The notes below the pieces were generated by a model. That model saw only the letters and a program-made list of their open reading frames with translations. It was not told the DNA's origin and made no database searches. From the NCBI GenBank assembly GCA_016214555.1, contig JACROF010000003.1, positions 64,930 to 128,929 of the forward strand: 64,000 nucleotides of DNA, written 5' to 3'. Both the position numbers and the translations under genes were made by a program. This document shows positions 39,629 through 49,434 of this stretch, piece after piece. The DNA comes from Candidatus Levyibacteriota bacterium (GTDB taxonomy: Bacteria; Patescibacteriota; Microgenomatia; Levybacterales; UBA12049). Within the stretch, counting starts at the first letter, position 1, and each line of letters begins with the position of its first letter.

Positions 39629-40927
39629 TTATAACACAACCAACTCTTCAAGTGCTTTTTTGTCTTCGAAGTTTCCAATAAGCGCCAAATTGAGTCCAGA
39701 ATTTACAAAATACTTTTTCCCGACCTCATCTACTTGCTCTTTGGTAACGCCATCAATTTTTTTAAGAATTTGATCTGGGTTAAGAATTTCTTTTTCCAAA
39801 AGTTCCTGATGAGCATAAAACGTTGAGACGGAACGACTATCCTCAAGCTCCAAGACAAGGTGTCCCTTCATATACTCTTTGGCCTTTTTAAACTCTGTGT
39901 CGCTAATATTGAGCTTACCTGCTGAAACCAGACCATACTGCTCAACCATCACTGCAATCGCATCTTTGACTCTTTTTGGATCGATGCCTGCTGTAGAAAC
40001 AAGTGAACCGCAATCGATATATTCATCAGAGCTTGATCTAACATAATACGCAAGCCCTCTCTTCTCTCTGACTTCGTTGAAAAGCCTTGAGCTCATACCT
40101 CCACCTAAAATTGATGACAAAACAGAGAGAGGATATTTATCGGGGTGGTTAAGATCTATTGTTCTGACACCTAGGGCAATATGAATCTGTTCTGTTTTTT
40201 TGTTGCGGATCAAAACTTGAGGCTTTTTTTGAGATTCTTTGAGAGGCTTTGCTGTAATTGTCTCAAATGACCCCATGTCACCAAAATATTTCCCGACTAA
40301 TTCCCGCATCTTATCTGAAACTTGTGGTGAGCCTGCCGAACCATCAATACCACCTGCTATGACAACGGTCATATTGTGTGGACTGTAAAGGCTTTGCATG
40401 TAGGAGACGAAGTCCTCACGAGTAATCGAACGAATAATATCTTTCTCGCCAGCTATATCCCACCCCATGGGGGTGTCGCCATACAAAAGATTTTCATAGA
40501 TATCGCCGATCTTTCGCATCGGCATATCCTCATAAAGATTGATCTCCTCAATAATGACTCCTTTTTCTTTTTCAATCTCCACAGGATCAAGCTTTGAGTG
40601 CTTGAGCATATCTGAGAGGACGTCTAAGATAGTCTCAACATTCCCTTTTCCTGCTTTGACATAGTAGCCTGTATACTCTTTACCAGTAAATGCGTTGAAT
40701 TCTCCACCAATCCCATCGATGAGTGAGGCAATATCCAAAGCGCTTGGACGTTTTTGTGTCCCTTTAAAAGCCATGTGTTCTAAGAAATGAGAAATGCCGC
40801 TATTTTTTTTGTTCTCATAGCGGCTTCCAGCCCCGACCATGACAAGAGCGGTAGCGGACTCAAAAGAAGGCATAGGGATTGTGATGACTCGAAGGCCGTT
40901 GGGGAGTGATGTTTTTGAAAACTGCAT
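39629..40927 (-). CDS. M16 family zinc peptidase
   Basis: GISHFLEHMAFKGT (HxxEH), NAFT and GGMSSRLF.EVREKRGLAY. Confidence 0.95.
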   Translation of the reverse strand: MQFSKTSLPNGLRVITIPMPSFESATALVMVGAGSRYENKKNSGISHFLEHMAFKGTQKRPSALDIASLIDGIGGEFNAFTGKEYTGYYVKAGKGNVETILDVLSDMLKHSKLDPVEIEKEKGVIIEEINLYEDMPMRKIGDIYENLLYGDTPMGWDIAGEKDIIRSITREDFVSYMQSLYSPHNMTVVIAGGIDGSAGSPQVSDKMRELVGKYFGDMGSFETITAKPLKESQKKPQVLIRNKKTEQIHIALGVRTIDLNHPDKYPLSVLSSILGGGMSSRLFNEVREKRGLAYYVRSSSDEYIDCGSLVSTAGIDPKRVKDAIAVMVEQYGLVSAGKLNISDTEFKKAKEYMKGHLVLELEDSRSVSTFYAHQELLEKEILNPDQILKKIDGVTKEQVDEVGKKYFVNSGLNLALIGNFEDKKALEELVVL

Positions 40928-40991
40928 AGAAGAAGCCTATTCTAGCAGGTTCATTAAAAAAATCCAAGTGATTTATTGCATGTATCACAAT

Positions 40992-41026
40992 AAAAAAACT
41001 CCTGTCTCGAAATCCGAAACAGGAGT
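40992..41026 (-). terminator. Intrinsic terminator
   Basis: actcctgt...acaggagt plus T-tract on the minus strand. Confidence 0.75.
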
Positions 41027-41054
41027 ATGTGTCTAGTAACTAAAAGGTGTCAGT

Positions 41055-41645
41055 CTAGTTCCCCAACCACTCATTTGTGGCTGTATCCACGGCTTTGGCA
41101 ATTGCTGTCTCCAGCTCCTGAAGATCAGACAGTAAGCAGAATGCGTTAAATGGTCCGTCTTCCAAAAGCGGAAGCTGTTCAGGAAATTGAACGATGACAT
41201 ACAATTTCCCATCAAACATGAACTCATTTTCAACAGGAATTCCCTTAGTAATTCCAGCGATGCAAAAAGCAGCAGCCTCCCTGAATTCCAGAGGATAATT
41301 CGATACCCATCGTGGACGTGTCCATACGGGGCGAAGCTCGTAGCAGGACTTGCTACCAACCTGCAGATGGAACAACTGCCACTCAAACCTAAAGAACTCA
41401 TTCTCCTTAAAGCACTCGGGATAAAAAACCTCCCGAGGAAGATCGCCGATGGTGATCGTAACTTTCCTAAAACCCAAGCTGCTCAGCGAACGACCATCGG
41501 TGACAGTCGCTCCAGCATCCTTAAGGGCAGAAAGAAATTCTTGACCACCATTGAGAATAATTGGGTTTGAAATTTCATGAAGGTCTTCAAGAACTCCTAC
41601 AACATCGCCAAGCGTATTGACTGGATACCACTTGCTTGTGTCCAT
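41055..41645 (-). CDS. Orphan hypothetical protein
   Basis: SD AAGGAG before ATG 41645 (MDTSKW); TATAAT upstream. Confidence 0.7.
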   Translation of the reverse strand: MDTSKWYPVNTLGDVVGVLEDLHEISNPIILNGGQEFLSALKDAGATVTDGRSLSSLGFRKVTITIGDLPREVFYPECFKENEFFRFEWQLFHLQVGSKSCYELRPVWTRPRWVSNYPLEFREAAAFCIAGITKGIPVENEFMFDGKLYVIVQFPEQLPLLEDGPFNAFCLLSDLQELETAIAKAVDTATNEWLGN

Positions 41646-41830
41646 GACTGGTCTCCTTTTTAAGGTTCTTCTTAACTCACATGAGTAAGATCGTGGCTGA
41701 ATTATAATTGAAGCTAATTGCATATGCAAATGAGTTTATAAGAGGTTTAGAGGAAATATGAGGCGGGGAAGGTTGCAGTTTTTACTGCAGTTCTGACAAA
41801 GATGTCAGTCCCCGCCACCTTGTGAATATG

Positions 41831-42142
41831 CTACTCGGTTACAAACTGGAGCTCACCATTTCGGTAAGTAGTCGCAAAACTACCCTTGACCTTCACAGTG
41901 ACTTCTGAAAAGAAACATGCAGAAGCATATCCCCAAAACTTCCAGTGCTCGTCAGAGCGACCTTCTCGCTCAGCCCCCATGATCCTAACATTGACCAGGC
42001 GACTGTTGTCTAAAGTAAAACAGACTGTTCGCTGTGGACACTCTGGATATTCAGCAATCCCATCAAAGAGAGATAGCATGAACTCCCATTTTGAAGGACC
42101 ATTCTTAATACCAAAGATCCTTCTATCTGTGCCTGAAGGCAT
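41831..42142 (-). CDS. Orphan hypothetical protein
   Basis: SD AAGGAGGAGG; upstream TTGACT...TATAAT promoter. Confidence 0.7.
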   Translation of the reverse strand: MPSGTDRRIFGIKNGPSKWEFMLSLFDGIAEYPECPQRTVCFTLDNSRLVNVRIMGAEREGRSDEHWKFWGYASACFFSEVTVKVKGSFATTYRNGELQFVTE

Positions 42143-42309
42143 ACGCCTCCTCCTTTTTGTTAATTCCTGCTCAAAACCGCAGGAGGGTTGTTGTTCCGAT
42201 CCACCAACTGGGGGTACGAAACCACCTGAACATCCATTCAGGAATTAAGGAAATTATAAAGAAAACAAACGTTAAAGTCAAACTATAGGGTGATTCTTGG
42301 AATTAAAAA

Positions 42310-42660
42310 CTATTGGGAAGCTCTTCGGGCTTTTTGGACAAAGTGATGCTGAATCCTATCAAACAAAACACGAGATGCGGAGGGCATTTGTGAACGCTCG
42401 ATTCTGGCCTGTCTTTGCTCCCGCTCTCTTCTCAGCTGAGCAAGAGATGGAGACATATTGCCGCACTCATCTACAAAAGGCAGTTCATCATATCCAAGCT
42501 GCTCCTCGATCTCATGAAGTGGCATACGACTCACAGCATCCATGCCTCCAATTGCCTCAAATGCAGCCTCTCTTTGCCTTCGCTCTCTCTCGAGAGACTC
42601 ACGCGTTTGGAAAATATCTTTTATCGTTTCGAGGACACCTGGTCTTCTTCTCTCTCCCAT
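42310..42660 (-). CDS. Hypothetical charged protein
   Basis: ATG 1 nt after the argS stop. Confidence 0.5.
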   Translation of the reverse strand: MGERRRPGVLETIKDIFQTRESLERERRQREAAFEAIGGMDAVSRMPLHEIEEQLGYDELPFVDECGNMSPSLAQLRREREQRQARIERSQMPSASRVLFDRIQHHFVQKARRASQ

Positions 42661-42661
42661 A

Positions 42662-44151
42662 TTACATCCTCTCAGGTGCTTGGATGCCTAAAACATGCAA
42701 GCCTTCTTTGAAGATTATACCAACAGATCTAGTCAACGCAAGACGGAAATTCTTGAGATCTTCATCAGCTTTTAAAATAGGATACTTTTGATAAAAAAGA
42801 TTGAATAATTGGGCTAGTTCAAAAAGATACGTTGTGACAATATTGGGTGAAAATGACTCTGCAGCCTCAGAAATGATCTCGTTATATCTACTTAGATATA
42901 CTAATATTTGCCTCTCCTCAAACTCTAATGCTGTACCTCTTGCTTCTGATAAAGATACATCAATTTTTGATTTTTGGTTTTTGGTTTTTGATTTTTCTAA
43001 GATGCTTTTTGTTCTCACATAGGTATACTGCAAATAAGGTCCTGAGTTGCCCTCAAAACTTACTGACTCCTCAAATGAGAACTCGATGTCTTTGCCTATT
43101 CCTGATCGCAAGAGTGCCCATTTGACCGCCCCTACACCTACTACCTCAGCAACGTCCTCGTTTTTAGAGGTGATACCTCTACTATTCAGTCATACGTTGG
43201 CAGCCCGAGTGAATTGATGAAAACTCTTGTATGGAGGCCATAATCTTCGCCTGGAAAAACGACAGCTCCTTGACTCTCTTTAAATACATCTTTATTTTTT
43301 TTGACGAGCTCAAGGCCAATTACCCCGGCATAGCTCTCAAAATAAAGATGAAGAAACTCAGTACCAAGCCTCTCGTAGATGGACTCAAAATAATCCAGAC
43401 TCCATTGCCTACCTTTGAGATAAAGCTCACTAACCATTTTATTATCTTCTGAAACTTGTGCTGAGCTTATTGAAGCATAAACTTTTTTATTGATCTCAAT
43501 AATTTCCTCTTTTGCATGCGGATCTTCTTCATAAGCTGCTGCACCTAACGCATAAGCCTCTCCTAGAGCTTTTGCTTTTCCCTTCAAGCTCTTTTGATCA
43601 AATTCTGCTATTTTCCATATGCCATTAGCTATTTGCTGGCTTAGTCCCCAAATCGCTTTTGCTACATGGAGCCCAACATCGCCTTGATAACAAACCCTTC
43701 TGACCTCTCCACCTGCTCTTTCTATCAAACGCGAAATCGACTCACCAACGATGTTGCTGTAAAGGTGTCCGATGTGAAACTCCTTAAAAGGATTGGGGTC
43801 TGTAAACTCAATCATGATCTTTTTACCCTTAAAATGTTCAGAGGCTACCTCTTGAGTGTCTCTATCTAAGCTTTTAAGGAGTGCTTTTTGACTCAGAAAA
43901 AAATTAATAAAACCAGGCTTTGCGATCTCAATTTTTTTAAAACTCTCTCCTGTCTTTAATTTTAAAGCTGAACAGATCTTATCTGCCGCCTCCATGGGGC
44001 TTATCTTAAGTATTTTTGCAGCCTGAAAAGCAATATTTGTCGCATAATCACCATGTGTCGGATCAGCAGTAGCAGTAACAACCACATGAAATCCATCCAA
44101 GCCAAGCTCTGGCAAAACTTCTGTAAGTAATTGCTCAAGTTCATGTCTCAT
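42662..44151 (-). pseudogene. argS: Arginyl-tRNA synthetase, interrupted (internal deletion plus frameshift near 43188; possibly an assembly artefact)
   Basis: 5' part has HGDYATN, PGFINF, EFTDPNPFKEFHIGH and GLPTY, then a stop. Another frame continues ...VAEVVGVGAVKWALLRSG...GNSGPYLQY...APERM. The KMSK-type segment is absent. Confidence 0.85.
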
Positions 44152-44576
44152 GCCTCAATTATACACTAATGACAATTAACGATGATCCTACCTTTACCTT
44201 GTCACTTTGCACATTCGATATAAAGCTTTGTGAGATGAACGTTAAAAAAGACGAAAGGCGAAGTCCGTGTCTTTTAGCGAATAAACAAAGCTTGTATTTA
44301 TGAATTTTATGTGCAACCGTGGCGAGAGCTTTTGGATACTTTTCTCGACAGAAAAGTATTACTCCAAAGGCAATGTAAGAAAAATGTAAGAGAGAATTTT
44401 CACAAAAATCATCACAAAATCACTCACGATTCTATATGCAAATTTATGCATTGTTATTCAATTGCATACACTTTTTAAAATTCACCATCTAGCAAAAGAA
44501 GGAGATTAACTGCTAAGAATTTTTTTCACAAAAGAAAAAGGCGCCATTTACCAACTGGTAAAAAGCGCCTGAAGAC

Positions 44577-45095
44577 TTACAAAAGAGGTTCTCTGATTTG
44601 CAGAGTTGCTACAAAGTGATCATCTTCGTCACGCCTTGAAATCAAACGAATACAATCCTCCCTACTAATACCCACTTCTTGATCTGCAAAACGAAGCATC
44701 GAATGATCAGCATCAAGGAGATATGAACCGATAAATAATTTCCAATCCATGGTCGTCCCAGGACGATAGTCTGTAGAGGGCCCAACTCTACAAAGTTCAA
44801 CATCAACAGATGAATGGATAACGAGAAAAACAGACTGCTCTGGATCATCTTTAACATGTGTCTCTCGCGATGAGATATAGCAGTCAAAAAGCTGCTTAAC
44901 CATCGCCCCAGACTCACCAACTAGATCCCAGCCGGAAAGAGCATAAAGATCTCTGACCGCGTCAATGACGGTAGGCGCCTCAAGCACCAACTGCTTTACT
45001 GCATATTGTGTTCGATCAGACTTAGCAAGCCCACTCAGATGCTCGAAGAAAAGCTCTTTCGTCCACTCGTCACGAGCCTTTGGCGTGAGTACCAT
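44577..45095 (-). CDS. Orphan hypothetical protein
   Basis: TGCTATACT, hairpin, TGCACATTATCA and SD GAGGAG; terminator at 44535-44570. Confidence 0.7.
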   Translation of the reverse strand: MVLTPKARDEWTKELFFEHLSGLAKSDRTQYAVKQLVLEAPTVIDAVRDLYALSGWDLVGESGAMVKQLFDCYISSRETHVKDDPEQSVFLVIHSSVDVELCRVGPSTDYRPGTTMDWKLFIGSYLLDADHSMLRFADQEVGISREDCIRLISRRDEDDHFVATLQIREPLL

Positions 45096-45251
45096 ATGAT
45101 TTCTCCTCTTTGATAATGTGCAAGTTTACTCCCCAATTGGAGTGAGGAAGTATAGCACGGAAATAAATATTTGATCAAGTTTGATCTACTTAGATGATGT
45201 TATTTAGGATGAAAAAGGCGTCTTCCCAAAAAATGGTAGACGCCTTGTGTT

Positions 45252-45716
45252 TTACTTCTCTTTAAATCTTGCTGGTGGATTTTCCTGAATCTGCATCCAG
45301 TGCCACCACATAATATGTGCGCCAATAGATCTTCCCTTAGGTAATATCAGCCATCTATGGTCTTGGCGGATGATGCCTCCGCGTGAAAGCGTCAACTGGT
45401 GCATTCCTGGCTTCAAATACCCATTGACGAGCTCTATCTCATGAAAGACTTCAACCTCAAATAGCTTCCCCCAAGGCAATTTTGCATAATAATTCCTGCC
45501 TACTTGAGTTAGATAATACTGAAAAAGATACTGTCCGTCTTTAAATGATGAAGTCAATCTTTTTATCTCAAGCTCATCCACATCTGTTGCCATAAAACCA
45601 AGCATTCGAAGCCCCTGAAGAGGGACATTCGAGCCAAAAGGCCTTACAAATCTTTTCTCAAAAAGGGAAATGGCCTCAGAAAGAGCATCTACTTTTACCA
45701 AACCAAGAGGTTTCAT
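45252..45716 (-). CDS. Orphan hypothetical protein
   Basis: TGCTATACT, hairpin, TGCACCTTATAT and SD GGAG before ATG 45716; terminator at 45212-45246. Confidence 0.7.
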   Translation of the reverse strand: MKPLGLVKVDALSEAISLFEKRFVRPFGSNVPLQGLRMLGFMATDVDELEIKRLTSSFKDGQYLFQYYLTQVGRNYYAKLPWGKLFEVEVFHEIELVNGYLKPGMHQLTLSRGGIIRQDHRWLILPKGRSIGAHIMWWHWMQIQENPPARFKEK

Positions 45717-45878
45717 CTCTACTCCATCAATATAAGGTGCAAAAGACAACAAATTACTGTCTTGAAGAAAGTATAGCAGCCCAATCGATGCCGATCAACT
45801 TTGATCATGTTTGATCCTAATCTGTATATATTGAATCTAATTGATCCTATTTAATACTCAAATTAACTATAGGTAAAA

Positions 45879-46766
45879 TTATTGGAGATTATAGGTCTTA
45901 CCATCAGTGACTAACCTCAAATTCCCTTCTGTGTCAGTCCTATGAACTTCTACACCATGCTCTCTCAAGGTCTTTACAATCTCAGAAGCTGGATGGCCAT
46001 AACTATTACCCTTACCTGATGAAATTGTTGCTATTGTTGGGTGCAACCAAGCCACTAAAGCCTTAGTAAGCCCTGTTCTAGAGCCATGATGTGGCACCTG
46101 CAATACTTCAATACTTCTCCTGCCACTGTGGCCATCAAAGAGATGTTGATATGCCGATATTGCCTCTTTAAGCTCTTGGTGCTGGCTATCTCCTGTAAGA
46201 AGAAGATCAAAATCGCCGTATGAAACAAGAACTTCAAGTGTTGGAACCTCACCTGAGGAGAGCACAAGTCCACCAGCAACGGTTTTTTTGACAAACTCCT
46301 CAGACGGCCCAATGATCGTAAAAGTGACTTCATCATCAGTCTTCACTATGTCTCCAATCTCAAGAAGTTCCCACGAAATGCCCTCTTTTTCGACCTCATT
46401 TTGCAACGCCTTATAGCCATATGAGGTATTTCCTACAGCCTCAGTTGCAAATTTTTTAACAGCATAATGAGCAAAGACATCCACAAGGCCATTAAGGTGA
46501 TCAGCATGAGGATGAGAAAGAAGCACAATGTCTATACTCTTTTGCCAAAAAGGGAGAGAGCTATCAAGACATCTGAGGATACTTTGATCTGGGCCGCCAT
46601 CAAATACAATCACATGACCTCGTGGAGTTCTAATGACAATTCCATCTCCTTGCCCGACATCACAGATTGTTACATGAAGCTTGCTATCATAGAAAGAAAA
46701 ATAGGTGTAGATTCCAAAAAATAAAAAGAATGCCGGAATTACAATCGTAAATAAGGTAAGCCTCAT
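45879..46766 (-). CDS. ComEC-type metallo-beta-lactamase-fold nuclease domain (stand-alone)
   Basis: DVGQGD, DGG, LSHPHADHLNG, LLTGD, VPHHGS, YGHP and RTD..G. Confidence 0.92.
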   Translation of the reverse strand: MRLTLFTIVIPAFFLFFGIYTYFSFYDSKLHVTICDVGQGDGIVIRTPRGHVIVFDGGPDQSILRCLDSSLPFWQKSIDIVLLSHPHADHLNGLVDVFAHYAVKKFATEAVGNTSYGYKALQNEVEKEGISWELLEIGDIVKTDDEVTFTIIGPSEEFVKKTVAGGLVLSSGEVPTLEVLVSYGDFDLLLTGDSQHQELKEAISAYQHLFDGHSGRRSIEVLQVPHHGSRTGLTKALVAWLHPTIATISSGKGNSYGHPASEIVKTLREHGVEVHRTDTEGNLRLVTDGKTYNLQ

Positions 46767-48034
46767 GCGCTCTCAGAAGATACTCCCATTGCTACACTAT
46801 TTTTCTTAGGATAAGCTTTTAAACGTAGCATCAGAAGCGTCAGGAAAAAAATTAAAAAATAATAACCAATTACAAGCGATAGAGGCAACGTGGAAATTGT
46901 CACAACAGGAGATAAAGAGCCAAAAAACCTGATTATAGTAAAAAAGTATAACAAGAATGGCATAGCCAAAACCGCAATGAGGATCCCAAGCCAAGACGAC
47001 ACAAGCCCAATAATAGCTGCCATCGAGCCTATTATCATGACTGGTGGGACGATCCATAAGACTAAAACATTAACAAGAAGAGATAACACTCCTAGTGTAT
47101 GAAAATAGTACAAGAGAATAGGCATGGTTGTAATCTGTGCAGAAAAAGTGGTTGTAAAATCATCAAAAAGGATGCCTTTTAGTCTCTTAGGTTCTGGGAA
47201 AAGAGGCTTGAGAAGAAGTATCCCCAGAGTTGCTGCAAATGACAATTGAAATCCTATATCAAAAATTACTGAAGGAGTTATAAGAATCATTATACATCCT
47301 GTAAGATACATTGCGACAAACGCTGTTTTTTGCCTTCCAAGCATCATCCCCACAAAGCCAACAGAGGACATAATCGCTGCCCTTACGATAGAGGCTGAGA
47401 GTCCGGACAGGACTGCATAACCCCCTATCGCAAGTATGGTAAAGGCTAGGGCGAATTGTCTTCGCATGACTCTACCAAAAAGAGGCATAAGAAATCCCGC
47501 AAGAAGTGTCACATTCATACCGCTTGCGGCGATGACGTGCATAACGCCTGTTTTGACAAACGCATCTTGGTCTGACTTATCAAATCCTGGATTTATACCA
47601 AAGACAATTCCCATAAGTAACTTTGCTTGATCGTGAGGCAAAGCATGCGAAAAAACCACATCTACCCTAGACCTAATCCAGCCAGCAACCCAAAAAATCA
47701 CTCCTGTGTCATTGGAAATTTTCTTAATTATAGGAAAATACATTGAAGACACAACCCTTTTATCATCTAGCACCGATGTGTTAACTTTGCCAGATACCGA
47801 TATTAAATCTCCGTAACCATACCCACTAAAGCGTGGTAACGTAAGTGAAAGCTTTCTCCCCTCAGCCATAACACTAAAGCGTTCTGTCTTCCCTGAAATA
47901 ACAGCGCTTGAGAGAATACGAGTTGTAAATGAAAGCTCTTTTCCATCAGAAAAAGGCTGCACAAAAGCAGACTGAGCAATTCTTGCTACTACAACAATAG
48001 CTGTCAAAAAGTAACAAATGAGAACAATTTTCAT
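46763..48034 (-). CDS. comEC: ComEC/Rec2 competence membrane domain
   Basis: TG..HV.A.SG.N, S..RAAIM and GFQLSF.AT. Confidence 0.9.
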   Translation of the reverse strand: MKIVLICYFLTAIVVVARIAQSAFVQPFSDGKELSFTTRILSSAVISGKTERFSVMAEGRKLSLTLPRFSGYGYGDLISVSGKVNTSVLDDKRVVSSMYFPIIKKISNDTGVIFWVAGWIRSRVDVVFSHALPHDQAKLLMGIVFGINPGFDKSDQDAFVKTGVMHVIAASGMNVTLLAGFLMPLFGRVMRRQFALAFTILAIGGYAVLSGLSASIVRAAIMSSVGFVGMMLGRQKTAFVAMYLTGCIMILITPSVIFDIGFQLSFAATLGILLLKPLFPEPKRLKGILFDDFTTTFSAQITTMPILLYYFHTLGVLSLLVNVLVLWIVPPVMIIGSMAAIIGLVSSWLGILIAVLAMPFLLYFFTIIRFFGSLSPVVTISTLPLSLVIGYYFLIFFLTLLMLRLKAYPKKNSVAMGVSSESA

Positions 48035-48036
48035 AG

Positions 48037-48642
48037 CTAAAGAGAGATCTGATTTTTAATTTTATCTAGCGTCTTTGAGGAAATAGACTTCTTGCTTACA
48101 AGTTCATCAATACTTGCGTAAGGACGATTGGAAATGATCTTTTGAGCCGTTACTCCCCCTATACCAGGAAGGCTCTCAAGTTGAGATTGCGATGCTGTAT
48201 TGACACTAATCATACCTGTCTGACTTCCCATAACGCTCTGATTACTTCCTGATGCAGATTCACCATGAAAAGGGATATAAATCTTCATCCCATCACTAAC
48301 TCTTGAGGCTAGATTGAGGCTTTTTGCTAACTCACTTTTGTCTACCTTGGCAGAGAGACCCCCTGCGGCAACAATAGCATCTTGCACACGAGCATCGCTT
48401 GAGAGATCATACACTCCAGGCTTGAGGACTGCGCCTTCGATATCAACCTTAATACCACTATCTGCATACGTTGGCGCTGGAGCACTATCACCTGAGGCTT
48501 TCTGAACAAGTATTTCTTCATGCTTGGGCTGTGATATCTGATACAAACCATATCCTAAGAATATCAAACCACCCACTCCAGCAACGATAAGTAAGAGATT
48601 ACTTCGAATAAATTGAGGCAATACATCCTCTTGTTGGTCCAC
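48037..48642 (-). CDS. comEA: ComEA DNA-uptake receptor (TM, SLBB, HhH)
   Basis: VDIEGAV.KPGVY.L...ARV.DAI..AGG, NLA....DG.KIYIP and VNTAS...LESLPGIG...A.KII; GTG 48642 preferred. Confidence 0.9.
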   Translation of the reverse strand: MDQQEDVLPQFIRSNLLLIVAGVGGLIFLGYGLYQISQPKHEEILVQKASGDSAPAPTYADSGIKVDIEGAVLKPGVYDLSSDARVQDAIVAAGGLSAKVDKSELAKSLNLASRVSDGMKIYIPFHGESASGSNQSVMGSQTGMISVNTASQSQLESLPGIGGVTAQKIISNRPYASIDELVSKKSISSKTLDKIKNQISL

Positions 48643-48684
48643 AAGATTACTGTACTGCCAGAGGATGTACTTTGTAAAGCAAAG

Positions 48685-48712
48685 AAAAAGCCAGGCTCGC
48701 TTGAGCCTGGCT
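48685..48712 (-). terminator. Intrinsic terminator
   Basis: agccaggctc...gagcctggct plus T-tract. Confidence 0.75.
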
Positions 48713-48718
48713 ATAGAG

Positions 48719-48985
48719 TCATCCTTTCTCATCAATACAAAAAACAAGAGTGCCGAAAAAGACAAATCCTAGCGCTATAACACACCAGGTCATAACAAGG
48801 TCTGCAATCGACTCTCCACGAAGGTACAAAGTCGAGATCATACCGTATTGAACAAGTGCCGGCAGAAAACCGACAAAAAGGCCAAGCTTGCCCAATATGC
48901 TATAGGCACCAACTAAAGTTGCTACAAAAGCGACAAAGCCTGCAGCAAATTCACCAGTCAGAAAATAGTCCAAGGATGCATCCAC
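48719..48985 (-). CDS. Small 3-TM orphan protein
   Basis: SD AAAGGAGG before GTG 48985. Confidence 0.6.
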   Translation of the reverse strand: MDASLDYFLTGEFAAGFVAFVATLVGAYSILGKLGLFVGFLPALVQYGMISTLYLRGESIADLVMTWCVIALGFVFFGTLVFCIDEKG

Positions 48986-49007
48986 GTGACGTCCTCCTTT
49001 TTTAGGT

Positions 49008-49307
49008 CTAGACTCGATCCTCTTCCCCATCCATCATAATGATGAAAAAGAGCATCCCAACCTGAATACAAAAGAAAAATAGTCCTAGAACAGCGATGAG
49101 AACTATATCGCGTAATCCAAAATAAACCCAATGTGAAACGACATTGCCAAAGACCATTCCAAAGACAGCTCCCAGCACTACCCCATCTCTTTTTAAGATC
49201 AAGATGCTCATGCCAAGATAGCATAAAAAGGCAATGATGCCATTGCCTGTAGCTCCTTCAGGGAAAATGCCAAGCGTCCAATTGACGATCTGATTGATCG
49301 TATCCAC
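49008..49307 (-). CDS. Small 3-TM orphan protein
   Basis: SD GGAGG; upstream TGCTATAAT and AGCACCTAAACA. Confidence 0.65.
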   Translation of the reverse strand: MDTINQIVNWTLGIFPEGATGNGIIAFLCYLGMSILILKRDGVVLGAVFGMVFGNVVSHWVYFGLRDIVLIAVLGLFFFCIQVGMLFFIIMMDGEEDRV

Positions 49308-49434
49308 TTTGCCTCCATTGGGTTTTCAAATCTTCAAAGTGAAGACTTAAAATACATTGTTTAGGTGCTCGCTTGAGTAAGATCGCCTGATCCTACTCTG
49401 AGATGAGGAATTATAGCATAAGTGAAGCTAGGAG

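Noticed and set aside
42297-42791. 164-aa plus-strand ORF
   Set aside because: Antisense to the argS 3' end and the following gene, with no SD or recognisable motif.
43186-43188. TGA read-through (code 25) or programmed frameshift rescuing argS
   Set aside because: Other genes end normally in TGA, the same frame soon diverges from ArgS, and a frameshift would not restore the missing catalytic segment.
44240-44440. Riboswitch/T-box upstream of argS
   Set aside because: Short hairpins and direct repeats are present, but there is no T-box consensus, and argS has a -10 immediately before its ATG.
45879-48034. Split comEC as a pseudogene
   Set aside because: Both ORFs are intact with an ATGA overlap and the second has its own N-terminal TM; separate membrane and MBL genes are a known arrangement.
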